A stretch of DNA of 64,000 nucleotides from an uncultured delta proteobacterium (GTDB lineage: Bacteria; Desulfobacterota; Binatia; UBA9968), in assembly GCA_963804165.1 (NCBI GenBank), contig CAWDPO010000015.1, positions 32,001 to 96,000 on the forward strand, in the 5' to 3' direction. Position 1 is the first letter of the stretch. Each line of letters begins with the position of its first letter. Shown piece by piece: positions 31,494 through 41,525 of this stretch. The notes under the pieces were generated by a model, which worked only from the letters and a program-made list of their open reading frames with translations, was not told where the DNA came from and searched no databases. The translations under genes and the position numbers were made by a program.

Positions 31494-31798
31494 CTCTGGT
31501 CACAGGGATCCTACGAGGGAAACGTCCATCCCGCCCGGACGCTAAAACGTAATCTTTGAAACTGTGAAACGGTATTTCGTCAGGCCCGTCTCTGATTACC
31601 GGTTATCCTCACCGTATAAATTTGGGGCAGGCGCGCAAAATTTGCCTATACAAAAATGAACGCCTGGCAATAAAAGGAGTTTCAATAAAAGTCACATTTG
31701 CTTCTCTGAAGGTGATGAATTTCCTAGTCTCGCCAAGGAACTCCTTAAATACCTCCCCGTTGTGAGCAAAGCATGCCACGCTTCGACCGGCACCGGTA

Positions 31799-32275
31799 AT
31801 GCAATACCGTTCGTACGTGGCCTGCAAACAAAAGATACTCATCGTCGAAGACAATTCCGACTGCCGAGAACTGCTCGCTCTCGTTCTCAGACGATCGGGC
31901 TACGAGGTTGCTGAAGCGGCAACGGGGCTCGCGGCCGTAGAACAAGCATATGCAACCCAGCCTGATTTAATTCTTATGGATCTGGGCTTACCGGGAATTA
32001 CCGGCGATGAAGCGACGGCGCGTCTTAAAGCAGATCCGTCCACTAGAGACATTCCCGTGATTGTTAACACCGCCTTCAACAAGGGGACACTTGTGGATCG
32101 CGCTATCGCCGTTGGTGCCGCGGAAATATTGCACAAGCCTATCAGTTTCGAAGCTCTTCATGCGGTCGTGCGTCGATATTTATTATCGGACGATATGCCC
32201 AATACGTCGCATAGTCGTGCGAATCGCCAAGTTCTTCGATCGTCCGACCAAACAGTTCTATCTGCCCAGAAGTAA
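31799..32275 (+). CDS. Single-domain response regulator (receiver)
   Basis: KILIVEDN, PDLILMDLGLPGITG, IPVIVNTA, LHKPI. Confidence 0.88.
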   Translation: MQYRSYVACKQKILIVEDNSDCRELLALVLRRSGYEVAEAATGLAAVEQAYATQPDLILMDLGLPGITGDEATARLKADPSTRDIPVIVNTAFNKGTLVDRAIAVGAAEILHKPISFEALHAVVRRYLLSDDMPNTSHSRANRQVLRSSDQTVLSAQK

Positions 32276-32410
32276 GCCTCAATTTAATCCTGAGAATTTG
32301 AGGATCCGAATCCTCGTCCCTGGCAATGCTGTGGCGGGAACGTGCTCGTTATTAGTGGGAAATCTATTAACGCAAGTTGCGGCGAATTGACGGAAGCGAA
32401 TTGGTGTTGC

Positions 32411-32590
32411 TCAAGACCCAGTTTTCTGACGTTGCTTTAGCGCTTCGATCTTTGTCATATTTTCTTTGCCCACCATGATGCTGTTAAAAATTGATGGTGC
32501 AGTCGGAGACTGAAACACGACACATCCGCAGCCACACCCGTTAGGTACGTGAGATTTTTCGCCATGCTTACACTTTTGACACTTTTCCAT
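32411..32590 (-). CDS. 59-aa Cys/His-rich small protein (absent from the ORF track)
   Basis: Manual translation gives MEKCQKCKHGEKSHVPNGCGCGCVVFQSPTAPSIFNSIMVGKENMTKIEALKQRQKTGS*. It starts 12 nt after the upstream stop, with a purine-rich AAGGGAAC RBS. Confidence 0.55.
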   Translation of the reverse strand: MEKCQKCKHGEKSHVPNGCGCGCVVFQSPTAPSIFNSIMVGKENMTKIEALKQRQKTGS

Positions 32591-32602
32591 ACTGTTCCCT
32601 TG

Positions 32603-32902
32603 TTATCTGCGTGACGCTCGACAACCGTCGGCGATAGCGTCAGCCGGACTTGCGTAGCATTTCTCCGGCTTCGACTTTTCGTAAAACCGGCCGCCCGGGG
32701 CGTGGAAGATGCAACGTTCGCCACTAGCGGTTGTAAAATTGCCTTTGATCACGTGACTCGCCGGGCAATGAAACGGATCGATTGGAGCCAAGCTGCCCCG
32801 TTGTTGCGCAATCGCTTGCGAGAATGCCGCTTCACTGGACCAGTACCGACTCAATCCCGCCGCAGCCACATAAAAAATGAGACAGACCAAAAACCATTTC
32901 AT
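32603..32902 (-). CDS. Small exported protein with an IKGN...H.PG..Y...C domain
   Basis: Signal peptide, then CPASHVIKGN..CIFHAPGGRFY..PEKCY....A...GCR, a pattern typical of thermonuclease C-terminal/Ada-like small domains. Confidence 0.65.
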   Translation of the reverse strand: MKWFLVCLIFYVAAAGLSRYWSSEAAFSQAIAQQRGSLAPIDPFHCPASHVIKGNFTTASGERCIFHAPGGRFYEKSKPEKCYASPADAIADGCRASRR

Positions 32903-33211
32903 CGGACCCCCGCCTTTCTCGCACGTTTGTCACTGTGCTATTAGCGAAAGGCATGCCGTCCACGATATTCCCTTTAATACACCAAAGTGCGGTAAATTCT
33001 GTTTTGGAAGTACAAACGCCTGTCACGATCCGACAGATGGTTGTGCGGTGACGTAATCTAGCCGGTTAGGGTAGGGCGACGCAGCAGCAAATCTTATATG
33101 CCGTGTAGTCGGTAAAAGGCGGCCAAGGATAGACGCTCATTTGCTATTTGCACTCGTCCACCTCGCGTGCGCAAACATCCGCAAGTGTAGCAAAGGCCAG
33201 TTTCCTAATGC

Positions 33212-33469
33212 TTACAGCGTGCGTGGAGAGAGATCGCTGCCGCAGTGTTTGCATTCAAACGTGGTGTGCCTGATTCGTTTGGAGCATTGCGGACAGACCT
33301 TTGTCGAGCCAATCCAATAGATCGCTGCGCCAACTGCCATCAAAGTGACGCCAGGCATCGTCCTGCCGCCTGACGCTCCAAGCATCGACCCTACCACCCA
33401 TCCAACGACGGTGATCATCACGCCGAGACAAAAAATTAAACGACCAAAGAGTTTGACAAGAACGCTCAT
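33212..33469 (-). CDS. Small two-TM protein with a C-terminal zinc ribbon (copy 1)
   Basis: Two hydrophobic helices followed by CPQC...CKHCG. Confidence 0.75.
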   Translation of the reverse strand: MSVLVKLFGRLIFCLGVMITVVGWVVGSMLGASGGRTMPGVTLMAVGAAIYWIGSTKVCPQCSKRIRHTTFECKHCGSDLSPRTL

Positions 33470-33899
33470 TCTAGCAGTTTCCCCATTCTATCGCCGCCAC
33501 CACCGTGCGAGTACCAATCGACCGATGATCGTGAGGAGATAAGTAGCGGTGAACCGAAACGCCGACTGTTGCCCCGGCCGAATGGTTTAAACATGCCAGC
33601 CATTAGTGAATGAATCTCAAGACCCTCAAAGGGACACTTTTTTATTAATTCAGCTTGTCGATCAACGTTGACGGAGCAAAGTCACCGCCGTCATTTCGCT
33701 TTCATGTTCTTGTCCATATTTCGATCATTAGTCTTGTGCTGCGCTGCCATCCCCCTAGTCATTTTGGAAAACCGGCGATATAGTCAGCGCGGATCTTTAT
33801 CAGGGAAGAGTCAAAGCTCTGGATTTACCCACGGCCTTTAAAAGAAAGACTTAACCCTCCAAGCTTTGTTTGGCGTATGGATTTCGAGGAGACCCTCTG

Positions 33900-35015
33900 A
33901 TGAAAACTCACGTCGCCATCAATCTGCCATTTCTGCTTTCACTCATTTTTCTGACAGCGGACTTGCACGCCGACTGGAACAGCGACTGGAAGCAAACCGT
34001 CGCAGCGGCTAAGAAAGAGGGGCGGTTGAATCTCTACGTCGGCCGGTACGGACAAGCGGCGCTGCTCGACGAATTCAAAAAGGACTACCCGGAGATCAAG
34101 ATCGTCTCGGTCAACGGCACCGGCGATCAGCTCGCCACCCGGATCGCCGCGGAGGTGCGCGCCGGGAAAACCATCGCCGACATTTACAGCGGCGGGCCCA
34201 ACTCGAGCTATAGCTTGCTTTACCGCGGCAAGATTCTCGACTCGATCAAGTCCGCGTTTATACTTCCCGAAGTGCTCGACGAGTCCAAATGGTACGGCGG
34301 CAGGCATATCTTCACGGACAGCGAGAACCAATTCATCTTTGTCTACATTGCGCTGCCCGGCACCCGCGGCCTATCTTACAATTCCAACCTCGTCAACGCG
34401 AAAGAGTTTAAATCTTACTGGGACCTGACCAATCCAAAATGGAAAGGGAAAATCACCTCGCAGCGGCCCACCGAGACCGGGCTCAGCGTCAACTTGCAGT
34501 TCTATTACTACCAGCCCGAGCTCGGACCGGAGTTTGTCAAGCGCGCCTTCGGCGCGATGGAAGTCACGTTCGGCGATCGGCGCACGATCACCGACTGGCT
34601 GGCGGTGGGGAAGTTCGCCATCTGTCACGGCTGCCGCCAGATTGAGAAGGCCTCTGGTCAAGGATTGCCGGTGGAGGATTTTGAAACCGGGGATTGGAAA
34701 GAAGGGCAACCGCTGAGCACCGGCGGCGGTTCGATCAGCCTGATCAAAGGCGCGCCCCATTCCAACGCCGCGCGGGTGTTCATCAACTGGTTTCTCTCGC
34801 GCAAAGGACAGACTGCCATGCAAAAATCCAATGATCTTTACGGCGAGCTGCCGCCGAACTCTCGCAGAACAGACATTCCCAAGGACATGCTTCCCGCAGA
34901 AAACCGATTGGTCGAAGGAAGAAAGTATTTAGACGTAGCTCGCCATGAGTTTGCCGACATGACTCCCGTGCTCAACCTGGCGAAGGAAATTGTCAAAGCT
35001 CTGGAGCAGAAATGA
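33900..35015 (+). CDS. Extracellular solute-binding protein (iron/thiamine AfuA-like)
   Basis: Signal peptide, AAKKEGRLNLY, SYWDLTNPKWKGKI, APHSNAARVFINWFLSRKGQ. Confidence 0.85.
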   Translation: MKTHVAINLPFLLSLIFLTADLHADWNSDWKQTVAAAKKEGRLNLYVGRYGQAALLDEFKKDYPEIKIVSVNGTGDQLATRIAAEVRAGKTIADIYSGGPNSSYSLLYRGKILDSIKSAFILPEVLDESKWYGGRHIFTDSENQFIFVYIALPGTRGLSYNSNLVNAKEFKSYWDLTNPKWKGKITSQRPTETGLSVNLQFYYYQPELGPEFVKRAFGAMEVTFGDRRTITDWLAVGKFAICHGCRQIEKASGQGLPVEDFETGDWKEGQPLSTGGGSISLIKGAPHSNAARVFINWFLSRKGQTAMQKSNDLYGELPPNSRRTDIPKDMLPAENRLVEGRKYLDVARHEFADMTPVLNLAKEIVKALEQK

Positions 35016-35230
35016 TACTGGAGAATTGAAGAGGTCCCGAGAAAGCTCGTGAGGAATAAAAATCCCATTGATGAAACCAGCGGGGCACTATTGAATCTCG
35101 CGATAATCCGACCCGAGCGACGGCACAATCGCTTAAAGCTTTGAGCAAGTTTAAGAATCAAGCGTCCTGACCCTCCAATGGCTTCTGTGCTGGACAATTA
35201 AAGTTATATGTATCTCGCAAAGGCGAGCTC

Positions 35231-36160
35231 ATGAAAACCCTTTACAAATATTTGCAATATGTCACGGTTGTGACGCTTCTTCTCATCGTCATTATTGCAG
35301 TTATTCATTTTCCCTATAGCGTCGACACTTCCCTCACTCAGCAGGAAATAGAGGCTGCGCGAAAATTCTACACAGAGGCATATCAGAAGCCGGTAATCAA
35401 AAACCAAGCAGAATCCGAATATGAGACAGAATATCTTCGAGTAGCTCAGACCGGAGCAGAAAAGTACCGCATTAAAGAACGGGTGAGTGCGTTTGTTAAG
35501 CAGTTTAATCTAAGCGATCGGCCTGTCCTCGAAATTGGTTCAGGCCGAGGCTATTTACAGGACGTGGCGCAAAACTATACCGGTTTGGATATCTCTCCAA
35601 ACGTGGCACGTTTTTACCATAAGAGATTTGTTCTGGGTTCGGCCACGGCGTTGCCATTTCCAGATGACAGCTTTGACGGGGTTTGGTCGATCTGGGTGTT
35701 CGAGCATGTACCTAATCCCGAGCAGGCGTTCCGCGAGGCTCGGCGGGTTACACGTGACAATGGACTACTTTTCCTCGTTCCGGCGTGGAATTGCGCGCCG
35801 TGGGCTGCCGAAGGGTACAATGTGAGACCCTATTCCGATTTCAACTTGCCGGGGAAAATCATCAAAGCGAGTATTCCCCTACGATCCTCCACTTTCTTTA
35901 TGACAATAACCCTGGTGCTAAATCGTATTGTCCGCAAGGTTTCAGCTCAATTCGGACCAACGAGATTACGATATCGCCGGTTGACTCCGAATTATCAAAA
36001 ATATTGGGAAGCGGACAGCGACGCAGTTAATTCGCTCGATCGTTATGAAGCGATGTTGTGGTTCGTGAGCCGAGGTGATGAATGCTTGAACTGCAAGAGA
36101 TCTGCGATAATTTCTCGTTGGGGACCGCTCATCATTCGCGTTCATAAACCGGCGGGCTAG
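35231..36160 (+). CDS. Membrane-anchored class I SAM-dependent methyltransferase
   Basis: N-terminal transmembrane helix, VLEIGSGRG, GLDIS, LPFPDDSFD, VFEHVPNP. The sequence is visibly more AT-rich than its neighbours. Confidence 0.85.
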   Translation: MKTLYKYLQYVTVVTLLLIVIIAVIHFPYSVDTSLTQQEIEAARKFYTEAYQKPVIKNQAESEYETEYLRVAQTGAEKYRIKERVSAFVKQFNLSDRPVLEIGSGRGYLQDVAQNYTGLDISPNVARFYHKRFVLGSATALPFPDDSFDGVWSIWVFEHVPNPEQAFREARRVTRDNGLLFLVPAWNCAPWAAEGYNVRPYSDFNLPGKIIKASIPLRSSTFFMTITLVLNRIVRKVSAQFGPTRLRYRRLTPNYQKYWEADSDAVNSLDRYEAMLWFVSRGDECLNCKRSAIISRWGPLIIRVHKPAG

Positions 36161-36578
36161 CACAGCGTCCTAGGAGTATTACAAGCGCGGCAGATAACAT
36201 CCTTGACTCGAGTTTGCGAGAAAGCATCCCGACGCCTTTGGCCGGATTAACCTCACTTCCGATAGGTCGGCTGCTGGGGTCGAATCTTTTACTTTGGGAT
36301 CCTGCCCCTGCGCGGTAGCTTGGCCGTTCTCATCCCAGCGCACTTTGATCTGCCCGCTTGCGATCTGTAGTCCCGGCGCTTCTACCACCTGTTGACGTAC
36401 CATCAACCCCGCATCTTAGCCTCACCCATCCTCTCAAAACGAAATTATCCTCACTCTATCAGACGCTTGCACTCTTCCGATCGCGTGAATCGCTGTTTCT
36501 CGGGTTATAGAAATCTGACCCAGTCGGTTGTCGAAGGAGAGTTAGTAAAGATACGCAACTCTGACAGAAGTACGCGTG

Positions 36579-36839
36579 TTAAAGTGTGCGTGGGGATAGA
36601 TCGCTGCCGCAGTGTTTGCATTCGAGCGCAGCGTGTTTGACACGTTTGGAGCATTGCGGACAGACCTTTGTCGAGCCAATCCAATAGATCGCTGCGCCAA
36701 CTACCATCAAAGTGACACCAGGCATCGTCGTGCCGCCCGACGCTCCTCCAAGCATCGACCCTACCACGCATCCGACGACGGTGATCATCACGCCGAGACA
36801 AAAGATTAGACGACCGAAGAGTTTCGCAAGAAAAGGCAT
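36579..36839 (-). CDS. Small two-TM protein with a C-terminal zinc ribbon (copy 2)
   Basis: Near-identical to 33212-33469 (KLFGRLIFCLGVMITVVG...IYWIGSTKVCPQCSKR...ECKHCGSDLSPRTL). Confidence 0.75.
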   Translation of the reverse strand: MPFLAKLFGRLIFCLGVMITVVGCVVGSMLGGASGGTTMPGVTLMVVGAAIYWIGSTKVCPQCSKRVKHAALECKHCGSDLSPRTL

Positions 36840-37297
36840 TTTAACCGTTCAAATCTACAGCTTCTTCCTTCCGAGGCAAGACCCTTGGGATGAGACACGG
36901 ATAGGTAAGAAATCCCGATGAACACGGCAATCAGCAGTGCCAGATTTTGATCAAGTCAGCAAAATAGTCGAGTCGTAGAAGACCCTTCTGCGCTTGTTTG
37001 CTCGTCGCTAGTTTCGACTAACGATGGAAATGTTAAGTTTGGCGCCCCGGGACCAGAATAAGTGGGTTGAGCATTCCAACATCACTGTTTATCGTCAAGA
37101 TGTGCTACAACCCGCACACAGAGAACGACTAATAGAATTGAACACAATTTCTAAAACCGTCCAAATTTCACCGACTGGTATTGCATGCGTCGAGGATAGT
37201 ATCCGCTCTTCGTATAGATCAACGGATGAAGTTGTGCGACGGCTATCGATCCCCTTTTCCAATATCAATCCAAAACGTCGAACCTCATTCGGCAGAA

Positions 37298-38362
37298 CTA
37301 GTTCTCCCACACCGGTTTGACGGCGGTGTCGAGCCACTTTCGCGCGTCCTCGATATAAGACTTATTCGCAACCACGATGGGTTTTGTGTTGGGGCCCCAG
37401 CCATTTTCGATGGAAGTTTTGGATTTGAATCCCTTCCGGGAACTTGCTCTACCAACCGCGTCGATCGCCGCTTGCCCTTCGGGCGAGGTCAGCCATTCGG
37501 CAAATAGCTTGGCGGCCGTCGGATGGGGCGCTTTGGCATAGATCGCCGCCTGCTGGGGCGAGACCACCGGCGGAGCGCCTCTGGCGAAATCGAGAGGACT
37601 GCCGATTTCCTTTTCGCGCACGACGTCGTGGAAGAGCGCCGGCATCGCGATGGAGTATTCGCCGGCGACGGCAAGGCGAATCATCGCGCTCGTGCTTTTG
37701 TGAATCGAAACATTCAAAGCCTTGAGCCTCTTGATGAAATTGGCCCAGCGCGCGTCGTCCTTCCACTCATCTTTGAAGGCGGCCAGCATGGAGCTTAGCG
37801 GGCCCGCTCGCAAGGGATCGTCCAGCGCCACTATCCCTTTGTACTTTGGATTCGTCACGTCCTCCCAGCTCTTCGGCGCCTCTTCCTGTTTCAGTTTCCT
37901 GGTGTTGTAAGCGAGCGCTTGAATCTGCAGGCTGACCACTGGTGCGATAGCATCGTGCACGATCAAGGAATTGGCCTGCACGGTGGTGTAACCTTGCGAC
38001 GCGCCGGCGTTATGAAGAACCAGCGGCGCTTCGGTAAGAATCACATCGACGCTCGCCTGATTTCCCTGGTATTCAGTCAAGGTCCGGGTCGTCACTTCCG
38101 ATCTCGTCGCCTGCCAGTAGGAAGTGTTGATGCCGGGAAAGCGTTTGCTAAAGGCTTCCGTTAGCGAGCGAATGTGATCGACATCCCAAACGGTGTAGAC
38201 GACCAGCGCCCCTTCCTGTTTGGCCTTGGGATAGAACTCTTTCGCCAGTTTTTCGAAGCGGGGATCGGTTTCGGGTCGCGGCTGGGCAATCGCAAACTTG
38301 TTGGTCAACGCGAGGACGAAAATCACGGGGAGGAAAGACGAGAATAATAGTTTCTTCGCCAT
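37298..38362 (-). CDS. Extracellular solute-binding protein (AfuA-like)
   Basis: Signal peptide, AKQEGALVVY, PKSWEDVTNPKYKG, APHPTAAKLFAEWLTSPEGQ. Confidence 0.85.
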   Translation of the reverse strand: MAKKLLFSSFLPVIFVLALTNKFAIAQPRPETDPRFEKLAKEFYPKAKQEGALVVYTVWDVDHIRSLTEAFSKRFPGINTSYWQATRSEVTTRTLTEYQGNQASVDVILTEAPLVLHNAGASQGYTTVQANSLIVHDAIAPVVSLQIQALAYNTRKLKQEEAPKSWEDVTNPKYKGIVALDDPLRAGPLSSMLAAFKDEWKDDARWANFIKRLKALNVSIHKSTSAMIRLAVAGEYSIAMPALFHDVVREKEIGSPLDFARGAPPVVSPQQAAIYAKAPHPTAAKLFAEWLTSPEGQAAIDAVGRASSRKGFKSKTSIENGWGPNTKPIVVANKSYIEDARKWLDTAVKPVWEN

Positions 38363-38838
38363 GCCAGACTCCTTTTTCTTCTGTTCGAGTGAAACAACCT
38401 GAACAGTTCAAACGGCTCAGAACCTTTCACGGCCCCAAACCGTCGCCGTTTGGTTTCGCCAAAGCGCAACCTAGTCGACTCTCAGTCTTTTAGTCAAGAA
38501 GTAACCAGTGATGCTAGGAAATGGAGCGACCCGCTGGAACTGGACAGGAAGGGAGGTGAATTTAGAACGCCGATCGTAGGGAAACGAGGAGGGAAGATGA
38601 GAGAGCGGCGGAGATTTTCCTTGGCTTCAGAAAGATCGGTGGTTTCATGCCTTTCACGAGTGACTTCTATGTTTGCCGCGTGTACCGGCAAAAAAAACCG
38701 ACTTGCAACTGGAGCCGATCCTTAGTCTATGAAAAAAAGTCCAGTATGGCTTCGTTCCGATGGCGCCGTCCGCAGTCAGCGAAACAGCCGATCGCAATCA
38801 AACCAATGGGGCGCCGAGTTACCTTAGACGGGGCACTC

Positions 38839-38919
38839 ATGTCGGGAGTCTTTGTCAGCTACCGGCGGGACGACAGTCTGACCGATGCCAGAAACCAGAA
38901 ATTGCACCAGCTTGACTGA
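38839..38919 (+). pseudogene. Remnant of the N-terminus of a TIR-domain gene
   Basis: MSGVFVSYRRDDS matches TIR box 1 (vFiSYrr.D), and the frame stops after 26 codons. Confidence 0.5.
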
Positions 38920-39068
38920 CAAGAAGTCTCGTCAGCGAGTTCAGACTTTGACAAGTCAACAAAGATAGTGGAGTTGTAGATACCTGACTTGATATAGTTG
39001 AGGTGGTCGCACGTCGGCACAGGTCGTGGAACCGGGCGAAAGGCTGAAACCGACGTAAAGGAGATAAA

Positions 39069-39665
39069 ATGCGCGAGATCCTGACGGATATCTTTACTTG
39101 GCCGTGGTTTTCGGAACCGCACGGATACAATTTTAACGGGCACTTTATTCGTTACGCTGGTGGTAATCTCTGCGTCGATCCGGTGGAGCCCAGTGACGAG
39201 GATCTGGCGGAGCTGGCGCGGCAAGGCGTCGCTCGCATTCTCATCACCAATCGCAATCACTCGCGGGCGGCGAACAAGATTCGTGCCCGCACGGGCGCGC
39301 GGACGGCGATCCATCCAGCCGATGCGCCCCACGCTCGCAAAGAGGGCGCGGAGCTGGATGACGAACTAAACCCAGGCGACAAGGTCGGTCCGTTCGTGGT
39401 GATCGACTCGCCGGGAAAATCGCTGGGAGAAGTTGTCCTTCACTGGCCGGAACGAAAAATTCTGCTCGTCGGGGACGCTGTGGTGGGCGATCCGCCTGGG
39501 AAGTGCAAGCTGTTGCCGGATAAGGTAGTGGACGATCCACCGCGATTTCGCGACAGCGCGCGAGAACTGCTTGCCCTCGACTTCGATATTTTATTGGTCG
39601 GCGACGGCGTGCCGATTCTCCAAGGGGCGAGGGAGCGGCTGCGGGAATTAGTCAATACGTTTTAG
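39069..39665 (+). CDS. MBL-fold metallo-hydrolase (degenerate metal motif)
   Basis: CVDP, ILITNRNHSR, SPGKSLGE, LVGDA, LLVGDG. Confidence 0.75.
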   Translation: MREILTDIFTWPWFSEPHGYNFNGHFIRYAGGNLCVDPVEPSDEDLAELARQGVARILITNRNHSRAANKIRARTGARTAIHPADAPHARKEGAELDDELNPGDKVGPFVVIDSPGKSLGEVVLHWPERKILLVGDAVVGDPPGKCKLLPDKVVDDPPRFRDSARELLALDFDILLVGDGVPILQGARERLRELVNTF

Positions 39666-39782
39666 CATCCATAAAGGTTTCAATCGTTCCAGCCGTTCCA
39701 AGAGCTTCGTCACTGTCTTGGAACTGAACAACCCTCGGCTGCGAAGGGTTCTGCGTCTAGACGGAAAGTCCAGTGCTACTCG

Positions 39783-39900
39783 CGTCATTCCGACGGAAGC
39801 CGAAATGCAGTCGGTTTTGCGCTTGAACTCAAAACGAACCTGAATGCCGGCAGGAGTTTGGCGTGAGATCCGTCGAAGGGCCGGCAGTGACGAACATTCA
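39783..39900. repeat. Uninterrupted copy of the composite repeat targeted by the IS110 element
   Basis: Its reverse complement ATGTTCGTCACTGCCGGCCCTTCGACGGAT-CT-CACGCCAAACTCCTGCCGGCATTCAGGTTCGTTTTGAGTTC aligns with 27091-27120 joined to 28557-28600. Confidence 0.75.
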
Positions 39901-39982
39901 CTCGCCTGAAAGCGAGGGATTCCAGCATCCCCGACAGAGACATTAAGCCCGCCGTGATTTACGTGGAATTGACCGGATTCCG

Positions 39983-40270
39983 CTATTTCTGCGGCTTGGC
40001 CGGTTTGGCGACGGGTTTCCGGGGATCTTCGGCATCGGGCAAGCAGAGATAGGTCATCGAGCTGTTGTTGCTGGTAAACGTCACGCTGTTACCCTCGAAC
40101 TTGGCGTCTTTGAATTGGCGCCACATGTCGAGCTTATCCTTCACACTGGCGTGGCATTTGTCTTGAGTCCCAAATCCCGGCGCCGGGGCCCAGGTATCGG
40201 ACGTCGGCGTTTGAGTTCTGGTCCACAAGGTCCAGGCAAGTAAGAGGCTTAAGCAACAGGCTTTCTTCAT
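39983..40270 (-). CDS. Small exported hypothetical protein
   Basis: Signal-like N-terminus, AWTLW, C...CLPD..DPR motif. Confidence 0.65.
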   Translation of the reverse strand: MKKACCLSLLLAWTLWTRTQTPTSDTWAPAPGFGTQDKCHASVKDKLDMWRQFKDAKFEGNSVTFTSNNSSMTYLCLPDAEDPRKPVAKPAKPQK

Positions 40271-40493
40271 GAGATGAGTTTCCCCTTTTTGCGTTAGACG
40301 CTCGGCGCGCTAAAGTCTTCGTGCCCGTGAACTCCAGTCGATTCGTCATCGACTCGTTACCATCATTGGCGCCCGCAGCTCAAGTCCTTTTCTGTCAGAT
40401 CGGCTCTTACGAGCGCGAGATTGGTCCCTTGACACATAGCTCCGATGGGGCGTACACGAAGGACAAAGACCAAAAAGCCGGGAGGTAACGCAA

Positions 40494-41519
40494 ATGGCGA
40501 TAAATTTTGAAGTCATCGATGCCGACGGCCATATCACGGAAGAGGACGCGCAGCTCAAAAAATACATGCCGAAGGCGTACGTTAAACGCGCCGCGACGCT
40601 GACGCCGCGAGATAGTTGGGACCGTTCGTTCAGCGGCAAATTGGGCACGCGGGCGGGGGACGCCAAGAGCTGGCTCGATGCGATGGACAAGGGCAGCGTA
40701 TCCACCGCGGTGCTCTATCCGACCAACGGCCTGAGCGTCGGTTGGATCCGCGAGCCGGACGTAGCGGTGCAGTACTGCCAGGCGTGGAATGATTTCTGTT
40801 CGGAAGAGTTTCAAAAAGTCAGCCCGCGCCTCAAATGCGTCGCGTTGGTGCCGTTTCAGGATGTGCCCGAGGCTGTCAAAGAGCTGCGCCGGGCGGTTAC
40901 AGGAACTAAAACTTGTCGGCTTGATGCTGCCGGCAGTCGGCCTGCGCTTGCCGCTGGGCCACGAGAGCTTCTGGCCGATCTATGAAGAGGCGGAAAAACT
41001 CGGCTGCATGGTCGGCGTCCACGCTACCGTGCGCGGGCCGCATTATTTCGCCGGCGATATGTTCGACCAGTTCATCGAAGTGCACACCTTGTCGCATTCC
41101 TTCGCCCAGATGATGCAATGCTGCAGCTTCATGTTTCGCGGCGTCTTCGACCGATTTCCCAAGTTGCGCGTGGCTTTCATGGAAGCGGGCTGCAGTTGGG
41201 CGCCGTATTGGTTCGGCCGCATGAACGAGGAGTGGGAAAAACGCGGTGAAGTCGAGGCGCCCATGTGCAAAAGGAAGCCGACCGATTATTTGAAAGATGG
41301 GCGGATCTATTTTCCACGCCGAAGACTATGAGCCGATGATCGGCGCGACGACGGAGGTGTTGACCCATAAGGTGATCTATTATGCTTCCGATTACCCGCA
41401 CTGGGACACGGAGTTTCCGGAAAATATCGCGCATCTCGAGCAGGCGCGAAGATCTGAACGACGAAGCCAAGAAATGGCTGTTCGCCGAGACCGCGAAGAA
41501 ACTCTATAACCTGCAATGA
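40494..41519 (+). CDS. Amidohydrolase_2 family protein (frameshifted)
   Basis: VIDADGHITE, VGVHA, FMEAGCSW and YASDYPHWD across three ORF pieces. Confidence 0.85.
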
Positions 41520-41525
41520 GGGATT

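Noticed and set aside
36900-37300. AT-rich stretch with short ORFs
   Set aside because: No motif or clear RBS; possibly a gene remnant, but it cannot be supported.
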